Positions 1-16,466 of a DNA stretch of 64,000 nucleotides are shown here, piece after piece. Within the stretch, counting starts at the first letter, position 1; each line of letters starts with the position of its first letter. The translations under genes were made by a program, and so were the position numbers. This DNA comes from the human T2T-CHM13v2.0 reference genome, Homo sapiens. The stretch lies in assembly GCF_009914755.1 (NCBI RefSeq), contig NC_060926.1; one strand, given 5' to 3'. The notes below the pieces were generated by a model. The model worked only from the letters and a program-made list of their open reading frames with translations, ran no database searches and was not told the DNA's origin.

Positions 1-139
1 GGGACCAAGCCCTGGCTCAGTGTTTCTCCGAAAGTTCCTATCAATCAAAAGCACTATAGAAACCTGGGTAATGGTAAGAAAAAAGGCAGGCAAGCCTGAG
101 ATAAGACAGTACTCCTCAAGTGAAATTATATCACAAACT

Positions 140-370
140 TCTACTTACTGAGCAATCACCATACTATCTACTGTCCTCGGTGCTTTACTTCAATGTATTT
201 AATCCTACGAGAAACATGCAAGGGAGATTTGATTATCCCTATTACATGTGAGGAAATTCAGGCTCTTAAGGGACTTACTCAGCCAAGACTCCACAGTTAG
301 TAAGTGTTGAAGTTTGGATCCAAACCCAGTTTTTATGACAGTGAAGCTTATGCTCTTAACCACAAAGCTA
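140..370 (-). mobile_element. MIR SINE
   Basis: Antisense MIR core (tgaggaaattcaggct...cagttagtaagtg...gctcttaaccac = reverse complement of the MIR 5' gtggttaagagc). Confidence 0.75.
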
Positions 371-1509
371 TTGAGAAATAAATAACCATTGATAATTATG
401 TACAATTCTTTTGCCTTATTTGTCTACAATGCTGAGGCAAAGGAGGTCAAGAATTTCTCTTTTACAATATCCATATCATTGTCTCCTTTCACGACCACTT
501 GGCAGTAGCTGTGTACAATCTTTAAAAATAATCAATTCTTTTAATCTCCATTCCATTCCCTTTACTCTCCCATCTGTAATATATGCCATGTAGGGTAGGC
601 AGACCCTGAGAAGGATTTGCAGAATTAAAAATGCTTCCTGAAATGTCATTGACTTAAGCTACTGTGAGCTGCCTTTATGCGACCCTGGCTAAAACAGATG
701 TAGGCTCTGTGTTCTTTCATGCCATTGACATGTTTTCTAAGAGGCTAGAGAACAGGCAGATTGACTGGTCTAGCATAACTACAGCTTGGGGCAAAGGGAA
801 GTCTTTGACCTTTAGGCAGTCTGTGACTTTATACTGACGTCATGACTGCCACCCAAGTGCACCCCGAATAACATTTTCCCAGGCAAGGTACCGTGGGAAG
901 AAACTAAGCTTTGATAGGTGGCATTGAGAAATGTCCTGAAAACTCTGTAGAGAGAAAATGGCCTCTCAGACTGTTCTGGTGTCTCCATGTAGCCGTCAGA
1001 ACATGTGTGAGAGCCCAAGGCTATGACAAGCTTATTGTGCAGCTTGGGATAATGCCGTGATTGTGTGGCTATCACCCCCTTAAGATTCATATCACGGGCA
1101 GGATGTGAATGTGTCCCAAGCAGAGTTTGACAGCTGTTTCTGAGCTTTCTAAATCAGAGATAGAAAGAGATATTATCTTCATAGCCTCCTTTTCGCATTA
1201 CATTTCCAAATGGGTGGATTGCCTTTCACGTTACACAACCAATCCCAACAAGTTACTCAGCCTCCCACCTCATGCAGGCCTGCCCAGCCCTGCCTTGCTG
1301 GCCACTGCCATCTTTCCATAACCATTTTCCAAGATACTCATAATCCTGTCAATACCCTGAAGACCTGACAGACCCGACATTGCTTTGAAGAATCATTAAT
1401 GAAGGACAAATATCAGTTACAGGTTAACAGAAGAAGGAACTCAGGCTCTTGGAAATTGAACAACATTGTGTTTCAACAAATAGGAATTATCACAGTTGTC
1501 CCACAGGCC

Positions 1510-1640
1510 ATCCACTCATTCAACAAATATTTGCTGAAGATCTCCATGAGCTGGGCCCAATACTACATGCCTGGGGTACCACATTAAGCAATCACATTCC
1601 TGTTTCTTAGAGAGCTTGCAGTCTAGTGATGGTAGCAAAC
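1510..1640 (-). mobile_element. L2 LINE 3' end fragment
   Basis: cactcattcaacaaatatttgctga is the antisense L2 3' terminus, followed by gagcttgcagtctagtg. Confidence 0.65.
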
Positions 1641-1869
1641 TTATATAGAGGCAACCTCACCAGAATGCAATGAGAGTTAAGCAAAGAAAACTACAGCCAA
1701 CAAATAACTGTGGACCCAGAAATAACAAGTGAGACACATGTATAGATTATTCCCTTCTCTAGGGGCTAAAGCACACAAGAAATATAAACACTGGGTGGGT
1801 TTGCCAAATGCAAGAGCTACTCAGCCTTCCTCTCTCTTCTGACACCCATGAGATTTACAACACATGAGT

Positions 1870-2345
1870 CCACTTCCCAGACAACAGGTTGTACCAAGGG
1901 GTGCACTTGACAGAAAGACAACTTTGTAGCCCATACTTAGGTTAGAAAAGAAAATAATATTTTAGAAGGTATGACAACCCTCCCCCTCAAGATATTATAT
2001 AAGCTAAGCCAATACTCTGTCCCTGTTAGGAAATTTAACTGAGAAACTCAGAATAATTTGTTACTTGGTAGTGGGGCAGGAATGGAAACCACCGCAAGAG
2101 AGTACAGCTATTAATACCAAGAGCAAGAATGAGTCCTGCATGGTTTTTCTGAAATCCTGAAATTGTTCTTGAACCCAGAGACTCACCCCCAGGTTTCAGT
2201 TTCTGTGAAGCCAGGTTGTCCCGCTGGTCCTACCTCTGGGTCCTAATGAAGTCATGTGGCTCCCTCATCATTAGTCTCAGCAAGTATCCTTTACTTGTGC
2301 TAGCCTGAGTTGTCTCTGCTCCTTATAATGAAGGAGCTTACTAGG
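1870..2345 (+). mobile_element. Old ERVL LTR (LTR16-like), degenerate
   Basis: 3' end gctagcctgagttgtctctgctccttataatgaagg resembles the LTR16/MLT1-type terminus. Boundaries uncertain. Confidence 0.35.
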
Positions 2346-3829
2346 TAGGCCTAAATGAAAAGAACATGTCTAGATGTCAAATTCAGTCAGTCAGAATTTA
2401 AGGCAAAAATGTATTAATTTTTCTGTGAAACCACACAAATATGAATTTTAAAAGTCAATAACCTCCAAATGAAATTTCCTCTGATTACCACCACTTTCCC
2501 TCAAAAAAGCCAATATAGAGTGACCTCTGCACCTTTCTCCAAACTCATAAAAACATATGCATACACAGTTATATACAAACATATAAGGTCTTTTTTGGTT
2601 TGTTTGTGGACACTTTTTTTCTAAGCATTTATAGTTGTAATGTATTTGTTCAGAGTGCTTTCTGAGGCTATTCAGGAATGGTTTGATGCTGTGAGGGCTC
2701 AAAAAAAACTAGATTCTAATTCCAAATTGTCACTAGTTCCCCATGAGATTGCACAGAAATAAATTTAGCCCTTCCTAAATTAGGGTTCCCAACTTTTTAT
2801 CAAAGACAAGAGGCAATAAAGTAGCCTTGTCCTTGGTACTATGCTAAGTAAATTTTAAAAACTCTATCCTTGTCCTATAGATGCCAACACAGCAAAAAAT
2901 AATAATAATAAATTTAAAAAAAAATAGTACTGAGCAATAACCTGGGAGTGATAGCGCTATGCTCAAAGGAATATGACTAGAAAGTAACACTTGCAGCCCC
3001 TCCCCACCCTCACATACTTGATACAAAGAGACAGAGACAAATACACACCCGACATAAACTACCAGTAGGAGAAATCTTTCCTGGTATTGGCTATATATCT
3101 ACATGTGACTTGAGCAAATTGCTTAACATCTTGGCACTTAGATTGGTCATAAAATTCAGTTCAGTACATTTTGATAACTACATGTCCCTCTGTGTTAGGT
3201 AATAGGTACTGTGAGGAAAAAGATTAGGACAGAATTTCTGCCTTTAAATAGTTTGCAATCTCAATAACAATGGGGCAGCAATGTGAACAACAAAGCGTAA
3301 CAAAATACTCTCACAGCCAGTACTCTCACAGCCAAAGGCAAAAATGTGGAGCCCCAAAGGAAGAGAAAACTACTTCTGCTCTGGGGCCTTGGAGTTGGGA
3401 AGGGTTTAATAGAGGAGGTTTCTGTTCAGCTTGAGTTTGGAAGTCATCTAATAGAGTAAGACAGTTGGATTGCAGAATCTGAGAGAACCCTTCCAGCTCT
3501 GCCTTTGAGCTTATGAGACAAAGACATGTGACATACGTTATGCTTTCTTATCCCCACATACACAAAATCAGGATACAGGTATATAGGTAGCATTTTAAAA
3601 TGGGTATAATATCTAATGAGCAGGACAAGCTCTGCTTGTGTTTTCTCTATAGCGCATCAATCCCTTTCTCACATCTTCCTACCCTCTCATCTTTAAACTA
3701 CAGTGACTACCTGAGACAAGTGGTAAGCTAAGCTTATCTTAAGTTTCATGCAGCTTCCACTGCATTTTATCCTCTTGCATACTAATGGAGGAGAGATGCT
3801 ATTGAATCAGAGTGTCTCATTATTAAGAA

Positions 3830-4043
3830 CACAGATAATATAGTTAGGTTTGAGTTTTGGCTTTATTATTTACTGCCTACATGCCTGTGAACAAATTCTC
3901 TAACTCCTCAAACCATCAGTGATATCTGGGTTTTTTAAATATAAAATTGAGATAAAATTTAAAATACAGGATTAAATTAAACATTTTTTGTAAGTTTTTG
4001 GCTTCTGGAACATGAATAAGATATTAATTAAATGGTTGAGGTT
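3830..4043 (+). mobile_element. MIR SINE, degenerate
   Basis: ggtttgagttttggct...tgtgaacaaattctctaactcctc...taaaattgagataa...ggattaaattaaac follows the MIR layout. Confidence 0.55.
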
Positions 4044-4072
4044 ATGATGATGATGATGATGATGGTGATGAT
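4044..4072. repeat. (GAT)n microsatellite
   Basis: atgatgatgatgatgatgatggtgatgat seen directly. Confidence 0.9.
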
Positions 4073-4889
4073 AACCTTTTCACACACAATCTCATAGTTC
4101 TCCAAGATCCCCAGAAAAGCAGAGATAAATATCAGTAGCTATTCCCCTTCCATTTTATGAATTCTATCCACCTTCTCAGGGTCTAATTCCAGATTTTGCT
4201 AACCCATAACATCCACTCCTAGATTCTAATCTAGCCTTGAACAAAAGCTAAATCCTGATTATACTTTGCTTCATCACCTCAATTTCTCAGCCTTAATCCT
4301 ATTCCCCACCAGCACTGCATAGGGTTCATTCTGGATTTCTATTAGTTGATTCAGAGTTCTATCCCAAGCCCTTTCTTTTCCTGGATCCCTGACCTTAACC
4401 TAAATCATCTCTGATTCCATTTCAGTCCTTCCGCCTCTGACACCTTCCTTACCAACATCCATTCACCTGTGCTTGTGTTCTGACTGCCTCCTTACTTGCT
4501 CCTGTTAGCCTGCTGATGTTAGTCTTCAAGACCTTCAGGATCCCCAGTAATAGTAACTCTGAAAGTGAAAGTCTATTGCTTAAGTTTTTTCAACTCTGGC
4601 TATAATTATTTCCCTAGGTTCTAGTTCCTTATGTGGGCTCGCTAGAAGTTGCTGATAATCTCACAGGAAAACCAATGAGAAAGGAGAAATTTGATCACAG
4701 TGGTGAATCAGTACATTCAACCTCCAGAGTAATGGGAATCTAATCAGCCCTCTGAACTTGAATGCCAATTTCATATTTTTAAAGATACTTTTGCTGTGTC
4801 TTTAGCTCATTTCCATATCAAAAACACAAACTCTTTTTTAATCCTACTGACCACAATAATAATTTTTGAATTGATAGTCATCTCTTGAG

Positions 4890-5165
4890 TAACATGTATA
4901 CCTACACACAAATAATGTGTGTATATACATACACACACATATACACACATACACATAAGTACATGTACACACAAATGTATATACACACAAATGTGTGTAT
5001 ATGTATGTGTGTATATATAATTTACATATGTAATGTATATATTTATATGTATATAGTTTACATAATTTATACATGTATGTAGTATTTATTGCATATAATA
5101 TACTTAAGTATTATCTTATATATTATTTATATATTCATATATTGTTGATATATATCTATATTTAA
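4890..5165. repeat. (CA/TA/TG)-rich low-complexity tract
   Basis: Alternating purine-pyrimidine runs. These explain ORFs 4844..5074 and 4885..5082. Confidence 0.85.
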
Positions 5166-7968
5166 CTATCTAAAAATGACATATTAATAGCAGTCTTAAA
5201 AACAAATTAATAACAAAAATCTACAAAACTTCAACATGAATTCAACTTTTTATCTGAACAGTAGACTCAGAAATGTTTAAGAAAAAATTTAGAAACTTGA
5301 ATAACAGACATACATATGTAACAAAACCACAACATCAAAATAGTGCCCAGCTTTCAAACCATCTTGTATATTCATGCTGCTGAAGTGCATGCTGACTCTT
5401 CTGGGAAGTAGAGTATCATCAAGGCAAAAAGCTAGAAAAGTATGTGTTCCACTTACAGTTTTGTGGCAAGGAGTCTTACATTTAGTTCTTGATTTTCCTT
5501 TCCCTCACTGAACCCCACCCTAGCTTCTTTCAGGGTCCATCATTATACTTGCAGATTTTCTTGCCAAGACCTTTTTTTAAGTTCTCAAGAACATAAAAGT
5601 TGTTAAAAGTTGGCACACACAGCTTTATACTCCCAAGATAGGAATCAAACGAAGGTGCCAGAAAAAAAGAAAGAAAATTTAAGATACTTCCTCTGGGCAA
5701 CATGAACTTGGCCTGGTTCTCCTTATTGGGTCTGACTCATAGAATTATATCTCTCAACTCTTTGAGAATGCCTATTGAGAAATGGGTGTGTAAGAAATAG
5801 TTATCAAACAGGAGGTGTAGCTAGCTCATTTCTGTGATCCACCAAGATAAGCCTATGCCCTCATTTCTGCCCTTGACAAGCCTTGTTCCAAATGTGGTTG
5901 AAAGGGTTTACATTGTGTAATTTATGTAAATCTACCCACTTAAGCAATAAGAGTCAATAAGAGTGAAACACATCTAGGGGCAAAAGAGAGAAACTATTGT
6001 AATACTTATGTAAATAATCTATTCAAATTGTAGTCATTGTAATTATAGCCATTTCCCTAGTAGAAAATAAATACCACTATTTACTGAGTCACTAGAATCA
6101 TTTGCTTGCTTGATCAACCAAAGTTTTCTTGTACACAAGCTAACAGTGAAATTCTCAGTCCCATGTAAAACTTTTCTAAGTAACAGGTTTTTTGAGGCGT
6201 AAATCACATACCATAAAATTCACACCTTTAGAGTGTAAAATTAAGCACTTTTAGTATATTCAGAGTAGTGCAACCATCGCCACTAAGTGATTTAGACTAT
6301 CTCATCGCTACAAAGAGTCTCCATGCCTCTTCCCCCAATCCCATTACAACCATTAATCTATTATCTATTTTTCTTATTCCAGACATTTGATATACATGGA
6401 ATTGTACAATATATGGACTTCTATGCCTAGCTTATTTCACATAGCAAAATGCTTTCAAGGTGTATCCTTGCCATATATTAGTAATTCATCCAATTTTTGG
6501 CTGAGTAATATTCCATTGTATAGATATACCACATTTTGTTTATTCTTTTATCAGTTGATGAACATTTGAATTGTTTTTATTGTTTTGCTGTTATGAATAA
6601 CGCTGCTATTAACATTCATGCAAAGGTTTTATATGGACATATGTTTTCAATTTTCTTGATCTGATAACCAGAACTAAGTTTAACATTTCAAGGGACTGCC
6701 AAAGTATTTTAAAATGTGATTGCGCCATTTTATAATTCTATCAATAATGTATGCAGGTTCCAATTACTCCATATCTTCACCAATACTAGTGGTTATCTGT
6801 CTTCTTAATTTTAGCCATCCTAGTAGGTATACATTGGTATCTCAATGTGATTTTGATTTGCATCTCTTGTATGACTAATGATATTGACCATCATTTCACT
6901 TGATTTTCTGTCTAGTTGTTTTTGCCATTACTGAAAGTGACATTTAAAAATAAAAGTCTCCAGCAATTATTGTAGAGTGATCTTTTTTCTTCCTCCTATT
7001 CTGTCAGGTTTTCCTTCATGTATTTTGAGGCTCTCTTCTTAGGTGCATAGATGTTTGTAATTGCTATTTTTTTCAAGTGAATTGACACTTTTAAATGTCC
7101 TTTCTTATCTCAAGTAACTTTTTGTCATAAATTTTATTTTGTCTGATATTGGTAAGCCACTCCACATCTTTGCATGGTATAACTTTTTTCCATCCTTTTA
7201 CATTCAACCTATTCGTATCTTTAAAGTGTATCTCTTATAGACAGTATTTAGTTAGATAATGTGTTTTTATTGCTTCTACTAATCTTTGACTTCTGATTGC
7301 ACTGTTTAAATTTCATTTACATTTAATATAATTGCTAATAAGCTAGGATTGGCACTTATCATTTTTCTGTGTTTTCTGTTTTACCTTTTTTATTTCATTT
7401 CTCTATTATTGCCTTCTTTTATGCTAAATAGGTGTTTTCTAGTGTACAAGTTTAACTTTTATGTCACTTCTTTTACTGTATTTTTGAGTTATTTTCCTAG
7501 TGGTTGCCCTGAGGATTATCACTAACATCTTAATTTATAACAACCTAGTTCAGATTAATACCAACTTAATTTCAAATAACATATATATAACTAAAATATA
7601 TAAAATATAATTTCAAATGTAAAATCTTTATGACTATATAGCTTCAATTTCCCTCCTTCTTTGTGCTATTATTATACATATTCAATCTGTGTTCATTATG
7701 AGCTCATCAACAGAACTTTATTGCTTTTTGTAATAGTCTTTTTTTTTAAATTAGGTTGGAGAAAAAGATTATAAACAAAAATACATTTATATTGTCTTTT
7801 ATATGTACCATATGTACTTTGACCAGTGTTCTTTGTTTCTTCATGTGAATTTGAGCTACTGCCTTATATCCTTTCATTTTAGCCTAAAAGATTTCCCTTA
7901 GTATTTCTTATAGGTCAGGTCTGCAAGGGAGTAATTCCTTTAGTTTTTGTTTATCTGGAAGATGTTAA

Positions 7969-8277
7969 TTTTTTTTTTTTTTTTTTTTTTTGAGACAGAG
8001 TCTCGCTCTGTCACCCAGGCTGGAATGCAGTGGTATGATCTTGGCTCACTGCAACCTCTGCCTCCCGGGTTCAAATGATTTTTCCTGCCTCAGTCTCCTG
8101 AGTAGCTGGGACTACAGGTGTGTGCCACCACACCCAGCTAATTTTTTATATTTTTAATAGAGATGGTGTTTCACCATGTTAGCCAGGATGGTCTCGATCT
8201 CCTGACCTCATGATCTGCCTGCCTAGGCCTCCCAAAGTGCTGGGATTAATTACAGGCATGAGCTACCACGCCTAGTC
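7969..8277 (-). mobile_element. Alu (AluS, Sc-like)
   Basis: Poly-T then gagacagagtctcgctctgtcacccaggctgg...cccaaagtgctgggatt. Flanked by aatttttt on both sides. Confidence 0.95.
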
Positions 8278-8961
8278 AAATTTTTTTTTATAGTTTTTTA
8301 ACTTCTAAATTTGCTGGATAGTTTTGCTGCCCACCACTCTTTTTTCTTTTAGCATCCTAGATATATCATTCTACTGCCTCCTGGTTTTTACAATTTCTCA
8401 TGAGAAATTCTCCGTCATCATTGAGAGTCCCTTGTATGCGATAAGCCACTTCTCTCTTGCTGCTTTCAGGAGTCCCTGTTTGTCTCTGTCTTTTGGCAGT
8501 TTGATTACAATGTGTCTTAGTGAAGAGTCTTTGAATTATCCTACTTAGAGTTTGTTGAGCTCCTTGGATGTGTAGATTGTTTTTTTCATCAAATTTTGGA
8601 AATTTTCCAGTTCTAATCACTGTTGAGCCCTTCCAATGGCTCTACTTTTCTTTCACTTATCGTATTACTATTTTACTCAGAATTGCTGTTTTTAAAATAA
8701 TTTCTACTTTTTAAATGATATTCTCTATTTGATAAGACACTATCTTATACTTTCCTTTAGCTATTTAGCAATGGTTTTCTTTAGTTCTTTGAACATATTT
8801 AAATAGTTACTTTAAATTATTTTTCTACTTAGTCCAATGTTTAAGCTTCCTCAGGGGAATTTTCTATTGACTGTTTTTTCTGTTTATGGGCCATGCTTTC
8901 CTCTTCCTTATATGCTTCAGATTTTTTTTTTTTTTTGAAAATTGGACATTATAAATAGTAA

Positions 8962-9283
8962 TGTTGTAGAACTTTCTCCTTAGTTCAGCTAAAAACGGGT
9001 TCCTTGTCACATGACCAGGCTCATAGACACATAAAAGGGTGAGAAAAATGGAACTTATTGGGCAGAAAGGAAAAAAAAAGTCAGCAAAGTGAGAGAGGGT
9101 CCTGTTACCAGGTCCCCATCTCACAGATTGAATCCCATGTTACCATCGAGAAACAGGAGGGGCTAGGCTTCTCCACCCTGCAAATGGTGCAAACTTGCTG
9201 AGACTCCACCCCAGTCTGCACTCCTCCCAGAGCACAGGCTGGTTGGAGGGTCTCCGGGGACCCCTTTATATTTGGCTATCTCA
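8962..9283 (-). mobile_element. MER61-family solo LTR (ERV1)
   Basis: TG...CA termini. Reverse complement begins tgagatagcc...ggggtccccggaga and ends ttagctgaactaaggagaaagttctacaaca. Perfect 4-bp TSD GTAA (8958-8961, 9284-9287). Confidence 0.85.
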
Positions 9284-11584
9284 GTAATAACATACCAGCT
9301 CTGGAAATTCAGCCAAGTCATCCAGGATTTTTGTATTGATACAGTTTGTTGTTGCTGCAATTATTGTTTTTTATGCTGCTGTTGCTGATGTTTGTTTGCT
9401 AAATGACATTATTGAACTAATTACTTAAAGTCTATAACCTTTATTGTATGTGGCCACTGAAGTCTCTTTCATAGCTTAATGATCTGCTGTGATTGAATAG
9501 AAAGATTCTTAAATGACTTAAACCAGTAAGTCTCCCAATCTTTACTGAAGAGCTCTTCGTGTTTGTGTTGAGGCAACTTCAGTGTTCCAGCAGATAGTTT
9601 ATACATCTTCCTTAGTCTTCACTTCCTATTTATACAAAGCCTCAACATCAACCAGATGTAAGAGAATAGGGGCTTTCCTGGACATGTGCACAAGCCTACA
9701 CCTGTATGTTTCCTTCTAAGTTCTCAGAAACGTGTTCTAGTTTCTCAAAGCCTCCTATGGGCATCTCATTCCCCAGCCTTTTCTTTTATGTTTTTTGATC
9801 TGCTTCCTGTTTGTCCCAACTATTATTGCCACCTTCTGCAGCTTACATGTTAAACAATTGACATTGATTTTATTGATAAAATGCTCCTGAGGAAAAGCTG
9901 TCTGATTGAGTAAGCCCTGAAGCAATGCAAATAAAGACAAATTCTGCAAGTGGTGGTTTCCAGGGAACTCCCCTACATGTCAAATAATGAAAATTATCTG
10001 GGAATGAAAACTTTGGGTAGCCCAGACTCATTCTGTCCTTTCCCATGACTATTAGGTTGCTGTTTTTCATGACTATAGTGATTGCAAGGCTGTTGGTTTT
10101 TAAGATTACCATGATACTGAGGAGAGAGCTAATGGACTAGGGAAGATTAAAACCACAAAACTTAGGAAAACCAATGTCAACAAGATAGAAGAATAGGAGG
10201 CCCTCGGCCCCCTTTCCCCCTGAAAACACTGACTTAACAATAATAAGTATATTGTTGTCAGTAGACCAAATTGCCTTTGTGAGAAAACAAGAAACCAGGT
10301 AAGAGGTTGTGGCAGTCCAGGCTAGCACTAAGCCAATAGAACTGCATTAAAACAGGTAAAAAGGATTCCCAGGCAAGATGGCCAAACAGGAAGAGCTCTG
10401 GTCTGCAGCTCCCAGCAAGACCAATGCAAAAGGCGGGTGATTTCTGCATTTCCAACCTAGGTACCCGGTTCATCTCATTGGGACTGGTTAGACAGTGGGT
10501 GCAGCCCACAGAGGGCAAGCAGAAGCAGGGTGAGTCATTGCCTCACCCAGGAAGTGCAAGAGGTTGGGGAACTCCCTCCCCTAGCCAAGGGAAGCCGTGA
10601 GGAACTGTGCCATGATGAATGGTGCACTCTGGCCCAGATACTATGCTTTTTTTTGCAACCCACAGACCAGGAAATTCCCTCAGGTGCCTACACCACCAGG
10701 GCCCTGGGTTTCAGGCACAAAACAGGGTGGCCATTTGAGCAGACAGTGAGCTAGTTGCAGAAATTTTTTTTTTGCACCCCAGTGGGGCCTGGAATGCGAG
10801 CAAGACAGAACCATTCACTCCCCTGGAAAGAGGGCTGAAGCCAGGGAGCCAAGTGGTCTTGCTCAGCTGATCCCACCCCAATGGAGCCCAACAAGTTAAG
10901 ATCCACCGTATTGAAATTCTCACTGCCAGTTCAGCAGTCTGAAGCCAACCTGGGATGCCTGAGCTTGGTCGGGGGAAGGGTGTTCACCATTACTGAGGCT
11001 TGAGTAGGCAGTTTTCCCTTCACAGTGTAAACAAAGCTGCTGGGAAGTTTGGACCAGGCAGAACCCACCACAGTGCTGCAAAGCCACTGTAGCCAGACTG
11101 CCTCTCTAGATTCCTCCTCTCTGGGCAGGGCATCTTTGAAAGAAAGGCAGCAGCCCCAGTCAGGGGCTTATAGATAAAACTCCCATCTCCCTGGGACAGA
11201 GCACCTGGGGGAAGGGGTAGCTCTGGGGGCAGCTTCTGCAGACTTAAACATTTCTGCCTGCCAGCTCTGAGTTAACAGACACCTCATGCAGGAGAGCTCT
11301 GGCTGGCATCTGGTGGGTGCCCCTCTGGGATGAAGCTTCCAGAGGAAGGAGCAGGCAGCAATCTTTTCTGTTCTTTAGCCTCTGCTAGTGATACCCAGGC
11401 AAACAGGGTCTGGAGTGGACCTCCAGCAAACTCCAGCAGACCTACAGAAGAGGGGCCTGACTGTTAGAAGGAAAACTAACAAACAGAAACCAATAGCATC
11501 AATATCAAAAAAAAGGATGACCACACAAAAACCCCATCCGAAGGTCACCAATAGCAAAGACCAAAGGTAGAGAAATCCATGAAG

Positions 11585-12597
11585 ATGAGGAAAAAACAGA
11601 GCAAAAAGGCTGAAAATTCCCAAAACCAGAATGCCTCTTCTCCTCCAAAGGATCACAACTCCTTGCCAGCAAGGGAACAAAACTGGAAGGAGAATGAGTT
11701 TGATGAATTGACAGAAGTAGCTTCAGAAGGTGCGTAATAACAAACTCCTCCAAGCTAAAGGACCATGTTCTAACCCAAGGCAAGGAAGCTAAGAACCTTG
11801 ATAAAAGGTTACAGGAACTAACTAGAATAACCAGCTCAGAGAAGAACATAAATGACCTGATGGAACTGAAAAACACAGCAAGAGAACCTCGTGAAGCATA
11901 CACAAGTATCAATAGCCGGAATCAATCAAGCGGAAGAAAGGCTATCAGAGATTGAAGATCAACTTAAGGAAATAAAGGGTGAAGACAACATTAGAGAAAA
12001 TAGAATGAAAAGGAATGAACAAAGCTATCAAGAAATTTGGAACTATGTGAAAAGACCAAACTTATGTTTGATTGGTATACCTGAAAGTGATGGGGAGAAT
12101 GGAACCAAGGTGGAAAATACGCTTCAGGATATTATCCAGGAGAACTTCCCCAGCCCAGCAAGACAGGCCAACATTCAAATTCAAGAAATACAGAGAACAC
12201 CACAAAGCTGCTCCTCAAGAGGAGCAATACCAAGCACATAACCATCAGATTCACCAAGGTTCAAATGAAGGAAAAAATGTTAAGGGCAGCCAGAGAGAAA
12301 GCCCAGGTTATCCACAAAGGAAAGCCCATCAGACTAACAGAGGACCTCTCTGCAGAAACCCTACAAGCCAGAAGACAGTAGGGGCCAATATTCAATGTTG
12401 TTAAAGAAAAGAATTTTCAACCCAGAATTTCATATCCAGCCAAACTAAGCAAAGGAGAAATAAAATCCCTTACAGACAAGCAAATGCTAAGAGATTTGGT
12501 CACCACCAGGCCTGCCTTACAAGAACTCCTGAAGAAAGTACTAAATATGGAAAGGAAAAACTGGTATTAGCCACTGCAAAAACATACCAAAATGTAA
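11585..12597 (+). pseudogene. L1 ORF1p remnant (frameshifted)
   Basis: ORF 11891..12241 encodes QAEERLSEIED...IWNYVKRPNLCLIGIPE...IQENFP, typical of ORF1p. Broken into several frames. Confidence 0.9.
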
Positions 12598-12660
12598 AGA
12601 CCAACGACACTATGAAGAAACTGCATCAACTAATGGGCAAAATAACCAGATAGCATCATA

Positions 12661-16466
<3,806 letters not shown>

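Larger units (their letters stand above)
6186..10163 (-). mobile_element. Old L1 (L1MB4-8-type 3' UTR, L1M4/L1MD-type 5' region), left part of the outer nested element
   Basis: Antisense L1MB 3' UTR from 6186 (tgaggcgtaaatcacataccataaaattcacacc). Jumps at ~6900 to endonuclease-region sequence, so most of ORF2 is missing. Then ORF1 remnant (ORF 8366..8620, NLHIQGAQQT...) and 5' UTR up to ~10163. Confidence 0.75.

Noticed and set aside
3306-3334. Short tandem duplication tactctcacagcca x2 (also caataagagt x2 at ~5945)
   Set aside because: Ordinary slippage duplications with no further structure.
4844-5082. Tyr/His/Cys-rich ORFs on both strands
   Set aside because: They are translations of a CA/TA low-complexity tract.
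8962-9283. p53 response element in the MER61 LTR
   Set aside because: Some MER61 subfamilies carry p53 sites, but I find no paired RRRCWWGYYY decamers in this copy.
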